Origin: Bacteroidales bacterium
GTDB lineage: Bacteria; Bacteroidota; Bacteroidia; Bacteroidales; WCHB1-69
NCBI GenBank assembly: GCA_017617445.1
Contig: JAFZWE010000006.1
Location: 2,246-66,245, forward strand
Reading direction: 5' to 3'
Length of the DNA stretch: 64,000 nucleotides
The position numbers and the translations under genes are program-made. Every line of letters starts with the position of its first letter. The first letter of the stretch is position 1. The notes beneath the pieces were generated by a model. It made no database searches, was not told where the DNA came from, and was given only the letters and a program-made list of their open reading frames with translations. Positions 57,576-64,000 of this stretch are shown in pieces.

Positions 57576-58050
57576 AACCAGATACTAACTGAATTCTGTA
57601 GAATTTATTTTATCTGGGTGCAAAAATAACCTTTATTTTGTAATAAACGGAAATCGGATGAAGAGGTTGTCCCCATCAAAAAATCTGGTATTTGTCCTCT
57701 TTTTCCATTCGCAAACCGCATTCTGTCCTTTGCCACCAGTGCCGGCTCCCCACCTTTCACCTCTCCATGGTATTGAGTTTTCACTATCTGTGCCACAGCA
57801 AATACAAATTTCTGTTCGTAATCGGAAATTCGCTTTTGCTCATCGGGCGACAGATTGTGGAACAACCTTCTTCTATCTTCCGTTCCGAAAGTTGCTGCCC
57901 CATGTACCGTATTGTTGCATAATGGATTGGCATGGTCATTCCATCGTTTTGCAAAGAGTGGGAAATTCTTTTTTCGTTGTAAAATTTCATTGAAAAAAAG
58001 TTTAATTTTGCTGCTTGAAACTTCAATGTGAAACGCAAATCATTTTTTTG

Positions 58051-59511
58051 ATGAAAAAAACAATATTCCTTATTCTTGCAATTGTTTTTTGCTGCAACAC
58101 AAGTATTTATGCTATTAAAACTGATACACTGAATATTTTCTCGGTGGAAAAGGACAGTCTCAAACCCAAGAAAGAAAAGGATCCTGACCGCAAACGCACG
58201 GGCTGGACTTTCGGGATTCTGCCCAGCGTGGCCTACGATGCGGACCTCGGTTTCCAGTATGGCGCCCTTTCCAACATCTACTATTTCGGAGACGGCAGCA
58301 CCTATCCCGAGTATTTGCACTCCATTTATGTGGAGGCGGCCTACACCACCCGCCGTTATGGCATCTTCCGTCTTTCGTATGACTCCAAATATGCCATTCC
58401 CAATCACCGCCTTACCGTTGACCTTGTCTATCTGCCTGATGCGATGTGCGATTTCTATGGATACAATGGCTTCAGTTCGGTTTTCAACAACGTATGGCGG
58501 GATTCCAAGCATTACACAGCTGAAGAGGGCTACCGCAGCCGCGCCTATTACAAGATGAAACGGGATCTTTTCCGTGCCGCCGCCGACATCCAAGGCCCCA
58601 TCGGAGGAAATTGGTATTGGAACGGTGGCATCGGTTTCCTCGGCTACCTCATCAATTCCGTGGATGTGGCGATGTTGAACAAAGGGAAAAAAGAATCCAA
58701 ACAATTGCCCGATATTCCGGGACTTTACGACAAGTATGTGCAGTGGGGACTGATCCAGGCCAATGAAAAGAACGGAGGGATGCACCCCTATCTGCGCGGC
58801 GGCATCACCTACGATAGCCGTGACCGGCAGACCAACCCCACCCGTGGCATCTATGCCGATGCCTTCCTGACTTACACCGCCGCCTTCAATACCCAGAAAT
58901 TCGGCGACCAACGCGAATTCAATAATTTGCGCTTTAATTTTACATTCCGCCATTATGTTCCTATTTATCAGGATTATATCTCTTTTGCTTACCGTATTGC
59001 CACTCAGTTGACGGTTGCGGGAAATTCTCCTTTTTATATGAACAGCTATTGGAATACATTATATATACAACGTGTTCTGTATGAAGGACTGGGTGGATGC
59101 AACACCCTGCGCGGTCCTCTGCGCAACCGCATCCTTTCCAACGGTTTCGCCTTTGCCAACATTGAGTTTCGCTTCAAAGTGTGCAAGTTCCACGTCAAAA
59201 AGGAGAATTTCTACATCGGGCTGGCCCCCTTCCTTGATGCCGGCATGGTGTTGCAACCCTACGACCTCAACGAGTCATCGCTGCGCAAGGCAATTGCAGC
59301 CAATGACCCAGATTTTGACCTCAACGAGCTGTCCGACTATTTCAACTTCGACCGCAAGGCCATTTACCGTCCCCATCTTTCCGCCGGCATCGGCCTGAAG
59401 GTGGCCATGAACGACAACTTTGTGCTTTCGGTGGATTGGGCCGCCCCGTTCAGCAAGCAGGACAATGCCAGTTTGGCCAACCTGTATGTGAAAATCGGCT
59501 ATATGTTTTAA
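58051..59511 (+). CDS. Omp85/BamA-TamA family surface antigen barrel (no obvious POTRA)
   Basis: Signal peptide; LPSVAYDADLG..YG, YDSRD...PTRG, GLGG..TLRG...NRI, F.DAG.V, C-terminal IGYMF; -7 box at 58003-58010. Confidence 0.82.
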   Translation: MKKTIFLILAIVFCCNTSIYAIKTDTLNIFSVEKDSLKPKKEKDPDRKRTGWTFGILPSVAYDADLGFQYGALSNIYYFGDGSTYPEYLHSIYVEAAYTTRRYGIFRLSYDSKYAIPNHRLTVDLVYLPDAMCDFYGYNGFSSVFNNVWRDSKHYTAEEGYRSRAYYKMKRDLFRAAADIQGPIGGNWYWNGGIGFLGYLINSVDVAMLNKGKKESKQLPDIPGLYDKYVQWGLIQANEKNGGMHPYLRGGITYDSRDRQTNPTRGIYADAFLTYTAAFNTQKFGDQREFNNLRFNFTFRHYVPIYQDYISFAYRIATQLTVAGNSPFYMNSYWNTLYIQRVLYEGLGGCNTLRGPLRNRILSNGFAFANIEFRFKVCKFHVKKENFYIGLAPFLDAGMVLQPYDLNESSLRKAIAANDPDFDLNELSDYFNFDRKAIYRPHLSAGIGLKVAMNDNFVLSVDWAAPFSKQDNASLANLYVKIGYMF

Positions 59512-59524
59512 AATGTAAAAGATT

Positions 59525-60697
59525 ATGAAAGTAGCGCTTATTACGGTCGGTTATATCGTATTCCCGTTGGTTATCATTATGCTTTTCAGCCGTTACAAAT
59601 GGGCGAAGGCGGCGGGTACTGTCATCCTGGCGTATGCTGTGGGAATCATTCCGGCGTTGTTTGGACTCACCCATTTTGAACCTGACACGTTGGGCTTCAA
59701 TATCCAGAAAAACATCATGAACATTGCGGTGCCGATAGCCATACCGCTGATGCTTTTCAACTGTAATTTCAAGTTGTGGACCAAGTCACTGCCGAAGACC
59801 GCGGCGGCGTTGGGTGGCGGGTTGGCAGCTGTACTGATAGCAGTGGTCAGTGGCTTTTTCATCTTCCGGCATTCGGGTGTCAACGATATTGCCAATGTGT
59901 CGGCGATGATGACAGGGATTTACACGGGTGGAACGATGAATTTCAATGCGCTTGGGGCGGCGTTGCATGTGGAATCCACGACGATTGCCACGGTGCTGGC
60001 CTTTGAGATGATCGTCACCTTCCCGCTGATCATGTTCATTGTGGGCGGTGGCTACCGGCTCTTCCGGAAAATTCTGCCGTTTCAAGACGAAGCCTCGGTG
60101 GTGGGGACTGCCGACGCCGACAGCCTGGAGCACGGGGTGGAGCAGTATGGGGACCTCTTGCGCGGGCGTGTGTTCCTCCGTTCACTCATCGGGTTGGCCA
60201 TCTCCATCGGATTTCTGGCTGTGGGCGCAGGGCTGTCGCTGCTGATTACCGGAAAACTCAATGAGCTGGTCATCATCCTCACCATCACCACCCTTTCCAT
60301 CATTGCCTCTTTCTCTCCCAAAATCCGCAATATCCCAAAGACTTTTGAGCTGGGCATGTTCTTCATTCTCGTGTTCAGTGTAGTAGTGGCTTCGCAGTTC
60401 GACCTCAACAGTTTGGATTCGGGCTCCCTCATCATCGGAGGCTTCCTGTTATTCATCATACTGGTGGCCACACTGCTGCACCTATTGTTCTGCCGGCTTT
60501 TCAAGGTCAGCGGCGACCTGTTCTGTGTGGCGCTGGTGGCATTGCTTTGTTCTCCTCCGTTCGTACCGCCCGTTGTAGGGGCCATGGGCAACAAGAAAGT
60601 GTTGATCAGTGGAATTGTAATTGGGTTGATTGGCTATGCCATTGGCACTTACCTTGGCGTGGCCTTGGCCTATGGATTAGGGAGCATTGCGGGGTGA
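59525..60697 (+). CDS. DUF819-family integral membrane protein
   Basis: Multi-pass; AIPLMLF, G.YTGGT.NF, SPPFVP, G.IGYA.GTYLG. Confidence 0.82.
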   Translation: MKVALITVGYIVFPLVIIMLFSRYKWAKAAGTVILAYAVGIIPALFGLTHFEPDTLGFNIQKNIMNIAVPIAIPLMLFNCNFKLWTKSLPKTAAALGGGLAAVLIAVVSGFFIFRHSGVNDIANVSAMMTGIYTGGTMNFNALGAALHVESTTIATVLAFEMIVTFPLIMFIVGGGYRLFRKILPFQDEASVVGTADADSLEHGVEQYGDLLRGRVFLRSLIGLAISIGFLAVGAGLSLLITGKLNELVIILTITTLSIIASFSPKIRNIPKTFELGMFFILVFSVVVASQFDLNSLDSGSLIIGGFLLFIILVATLLHLLFCRLFKVSGDLFCVALVALLCSPPFVPPVVGAMGNKKVLISGIVIGLIGYAIGTYLGVALAYGLGSIAG

Positions 60698-60708
60698 GTA
60701 CTTCCACT

Positions 60709-61440
60709 ATGAAAAATAAAACATACAATCAATGGCGAATCTGGCTTGTTCGGATTGTGATTGCGGTTGTGGGGGCATGTGTGCTTTTGATTGTGGGATG
60801 CAATCTGGTAGTAAAATTGAGTGCCAAAGGCCGTATATACACTGATGTACAGGATGTTCCATACCGAAAAGTGGGTCTGTTGCTGGGTACTGCCCCCAAT
60901 AGGGCGGATGGGTCACCCAACCAGTATTTTCAAAACCGCATCGAGGCGGCTGCCCGTCTTTATCGTTTTCACAAAGTCTCCTATTTCCTTATCAGCGGGG
61001 ACAATTGTCGCCATGGATACAACGAGCCTGAAGCGATGAGGCAGTCTCTCATTCAGCAGGGTGTTCCCGATACAGCCATCTTTCTCGATTATGCCGGTTT
61101 CCGCACGTACGATTCCATGATACGTTCCAAAGTGGTTTTCGGACAGGATTCGGTCACAGTCATCTCGCAGTATTGGCACAATGAACGGGCGGTTTTCATA
61201 GCCCGATGTAGTGGAATTGATGCCATTGCTTTTAATGCTTCCGATGTGCATTATCGTAAGTCGTTTGTAAAGAATCACTTGCGTGAGCTTGTGGCTAAAG
61301 TGAAGGCTGTTGGAGATGTTGTTTTTGGTAATCGTCCGCGTTTTTTGGGCGATACAGTGGAAATACCGGGAGGACAGACAACCGCATACAAAGATAGTAT
61401 CAAACAACTGGGCTTTCCGTCGGAAGTATTGAAAGAGTAG
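60709..61440 (+). CDS. sanA: SanA/YdcF (DUF218) family protein
   Basis: N-terminal TM; GLLLGT, SGDN...YNEP..M, LDYAGFRTYDS, SQYWHNERA, LRE. Confidence 0.85.
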   Translation: MKNKTYNQWRIWLVRIVIAVVGACVLLIVGCNLVVKLSAKGRIYTDVQDVPYRKVGLLLGTAPNRADGSPNQYFQNRIEAAARLYRFHKVSYFLISGDNCRHGYNEPEAMRQSLIQQGVPDTAIFLDYAGFRTYDSMIRSKVVFGQDSVTVISQYWHNERAVFIARCSGIDAIAFNASDVHYRKSFVKNHLRELVAKVKAVGDVVFGNRPRFLGDTVEIPGGQTTAYKDSIKQLGFPSEVLKE

Positions 61441-61496
61441 TTAGGGTAACTATTAAAGCTATATTTTTAGATTTTAATATTCTGATTTTCAGGTTC

Positions 61497-62387
61497 TTAT
61501 TCTTTTGTTTTGTTAATAGTGTTATCATCCTTGATGCAGCGAACACGGGCAAAACGGCTTTTGTCCAATGCCCCTCTTCCCATGGAGGGACTGTTATAAT
61601 AGAATATTCGGGTGCAGTACATGTCTTTTCCTGCGTTGGATTCAGTGCTGGTGGCATAAATGCCAACCCTTCCTGCTCCAGTTCGAACCATAATAGGTCG
61701 GCCATTAGATGTGTCTACTACCAAGGTCCCTGCGGGAATTGCATTAAATGACGTGCTGTTATTTATGGTTTTGTCATACCCTGGTGTCCCAAGAATGTCA
61801 GAAGCCCGCCAGGAATCCGTATTTGTTGCAAGAGCATTGGCGATGGAACCACTCTGCTCAATATAAGATGACATGGCATCTCGTTTGGCGTGGTGTGGTT
61901 GAATGATTTTGAGGTAGGCTTCCAAGTCGTCCCATTCCGAAGCAGAAGGAATATGAAAGCCTTCAGGACAAACCCCATGGGCTTTTTCACAGTTTTCTCC
62001 GTTCATGAAAAAATACCAATTAAAAATGGATCCATATGTTGGGTTAATATAGTGATAATAAGCACCTGTATCAGTGTCTTTTTCTTTATTAAGCCAGCGA
62101 TATAAGGCCTTACTGTCAAGATCGTTTATTTTTGAGTATTGAATGGATGGTTTAGGCCAAGCATTACCTCCCCCCACATCTGCTCTGTCATGGTCTGTCC
62201 ATACTTGGTGGCCGAGCACCACTACTCGTATCGAATCCCATGTGCTGTCAGATGTTTTGATAAAATGCCAGCAGGTGGTGTCGTTCAGTGTTTCTTTTTT
62301 GTCGTAGCCATAATATTTCTCACAGCTTGACACTGAAATCAGGATGAAAGCCAAGGTTATGGAATATGAGATAATAATTTTTTTCAT
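61497..62387 (-). CDS. FISUMP (Fibrobacter succinogenes major paralogous domain) lipoprotein
   Basis: Lipobox VSSC; G.QVW, YG.IFNW, GVCPEGFHIPS..EW..L, NN.T.FNA.PAG, VRCIKD. Confidence 0.82.
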   Translation of the reverse strand: MKKIIISYSITLAFILISVSSCEKYYGYDKKETLNDTTCWHFIKTSDSTWDSIRVVVLGHQVWTDHDRADVGGGNAWPKPSIQYSKINDLDSKALYRWLNKEKDTDTGAYYHYINPTYGSIFNWYFFMNGENCEKAHGVCPEGFHIPSASEWDDLEAYLKIIQPHHAKRDAMSSYIEQSGSIANALATNTDSWRASDILGTPGYDKTINNSTSFNAIPAGTLVVDTSNGRPIMVRTGAGRVGIYATSTESNAGKDMYCTRIFYYNSPSMGRGALDKSRFARVRCIKDDNTINKTKE

Positions 62388-62419
62388 GCTAAAAAAGCTC
62401 AATGTATGTAAAATGTTTG

Positions 62420-64000
62420 CTATCTGTTTTTGGAAATCCGAAATCCGACTTGTTCTCCGTAGGAGTCGGCATTGGAGCTGGATCTGCGGCTTACGCGTCC
62501 TTGGCGAGGAAGCCCGAACCAACTGCCACCGCGCAGCACACGGTATTTCCCGCTGACAGCACCTGTTGGATTTTCAACAGAATTTGCATTGTATGGACCG
62601 AACCAATCGTAACACCATTCGCTCATGCTTCCGCTCATATCGAAGATCCCCAATTCGTTGGGCCGTGAGTCAGCCACGGGATGCGGATCGCCTTTGCTTG
62701 TCCTCAGGTTCCACCACTCTCCGGCGGGATCGTTTGTGCCGCTATACTGATAACCCCTGCCCTTCTCCCCTCCGCGGGCGGCATATTCCCATTCCGCTTC
62801 TGTAGGCAGGCGGAAACCGTCGGAGCGTGGATTGGCGTACACGGCGCAGGCCACTTCGTCTTCCCTGTTCTTGTTGTTGGGGTCACGCTGATTGTCCACA
62901 ATCACATAGTAGGGGGTATGTCCTGTCAATTCGCTCAGACGGTTGCAGAATTCAACAGCATCGTACCACGACACATTGCTTACGGGCAGACTGTCGCCCA
63001 AATGATAGGAGTTGTTGGTTCTCATCACGGCGTGCCAAAGCGCTTGTGTCACTTCGCTTTCCCCTATGTAGTAGTCGCTCAGACGGACCATGTGTTCGTT
63101 TTTCTCATTGTGTGGAACAATTTTCCGGTTGCCATATTTGCCTCCCATCTTGAATTGGCTGCCACGAATGGCTACCATATTGAAAGCCACACCATTCGCA
63201 GTGTATTGGCGGTTTCCGAAGGGTGTGATTTCCATGGAGAAACTTTGGCTGAAAATGAGGTGATCTTCATACCATATTTCACACACATAATCTCCAGGGG
63301 AGTAGATGCTGAGTACAGGGCTTCCCCACGCCTCAAGGTTGATTTTTTGGATTCCGGTCTCCCAGGGTTCTACCACAACATTAACAGCAAAGGTATAGCC
63401 CGTAGGGGAGAAGAGGGGATCGGAAAAGAGTTTCCCATCGGGGCCGATGATTTTGTAGGAAATTTTTACGGCATGTCGCTGGTCATCGCAGCCGCGGCAC
63501 ACGATACGGGGCTTTAGCAGGCGTGCGGCATCGCTGTAGATGGGGGAACCGTAGTCTGACAGCACATTGCTGCTGCTGTTCAGATTGGCAAACTCAATGC
63601 GTTCAATGGTCATATATCCCATCTCCGCTATCTTTTCCTCACATTCTTGGATGCGTTTCTCTATGTCTTTGGTGTTCTTCTGTTTGGAAGAAGAGGCAAG
63701 AAGCTTTCGGTACAAGTTCAGCGCTTCTCCATAATTTTGGGCCGAAAATTTTGAGTCAGCACTGGATTTGTTGTTGCTGAAATTGATTTCTGTCAGGCAT
63801 TTCTGTTTCAGTTCTCCCAATCTTGCATCTTTGCATTTCAAATTGGTTTCGGCGTTTTCAATCTTTTGCAAAGCCGAAGAGTATTTCCCATTATTGTAAT
63901 CTGTCTGCGCATTCTTTAGTGCGGTGGCACAGGGATTTTGCGCCAATATCATTTGCATCATGCACAGCAGAACAATCAATACGGTGTATGTTTTTTTCAT
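62420..64000 (-). CDS. Exported TPR + Ig-like + FGE-sulfatase/SUMF1-domain protein
   Basis: Signal peptide; FKMG, YIGESEVTQ, PV.NVSW.DA..FC..LS, FRLPTEAEWEYAARGG, PNELG.FDMSG...EWC.D, RVLRGGSW...GFR. Confidence 0.9.
   Translation of the reverse strand: MKKTYTVLIVLLCMMQMILAQNPCATALKNAQTDYNNGKYSSALQKIENAETNLKCKDARLGELKQKCLTEINFSNNKSSADSKFSAQNYGEALNLYRKLLASSSKQKNTKDIEKRIQECEEKIAEMGYMTIERIEFANLNSSSNVLSDYGSPIYSDAARLLKPRIVCRGCDDQRHAVKISYKIIGPDGKLFSDPLFSPTGYTFAVNVVVEPWETGIQKINLEAWGSPVLSIYSPGDYVCEIWYEDHLIFSQSFSMEITPFGNRQYTANGVAFNMVAIRGSQFKMGGKYGNRKIVPHNEKNEHMVRLSDYYIGESEVTQALWHAVMRTNNSYHLGDSLPVSNVSWYDAVEFCNRLSELTGHTPYYVIVDNQRDPNNKNREDEVACAVYANPRSDGFRLPTEAEWEYAARGGEKGRGYQYSGTNDPAGEWWNLRTSKGDPHPVADSRPNELGIFDMSGSMSEWCYDWFGPYNANSVENPTGAVSGKYRVLRGGSWFGLPRQGRVSRRSSSNADSYGEQVGFRISKNR

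Noticed and set aside
62420-62560. Complete diversity-generating retroelement
   Set aside because: No reverse transcriptase, template repeat or hairpin in the window; kept only as a candidate in the findings.

Overview
64 kb of mostly core chromosome from a Bacteroidota (Bacteroidales-like) organism. The assignment rests on TAnnTTTG -7 promoter boxes before most operons, four T9SS C-terminal-domain cargo proteins, GldA/PorE-like genes and a TonB-dependent receptor with DUF5689 lipoproteins. About 50 CDSs cover almost the whole window, including gap, adk, hpt, lplA, radA, ruvC, lpdA, ribBA, apbE, ppdK, pyrE, dut and recO. I saw no rRNA, tRNA, CRISPR array, transposase, integrase or reverse transcriptase. 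Four things deserve a second look. (1) An AAA_14/DUF4143 ATPase gene is bracketed by ~30-bp direct repeats, carries its own promoter and a perfect 22-bp palindrome, and appears to have inserted between a host promoter and a CYTH gene, like an integrase-less gene cassette. (2) A putative extracellular-nucleic-acid utilisation locus comprises a T9SS-secreted endonuclease I, a TBDR and two DUF5689 lipoproteins. (3) A pair of CLec-fold genes (FGE-sulfatase/SUMF1 and FISUMP) lies at the right edge. (4) Several odd variants occur: a serpin-like lipoprotein, a P-type ATPase with two extra helices, an orphan 5-alpha-reductase, a Clostridia-like pyrE, a Cys-tailed PPDK and a deleted beta-barrel pseudogene. 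All family assignments come from motif recognition by eye; no searches were run.
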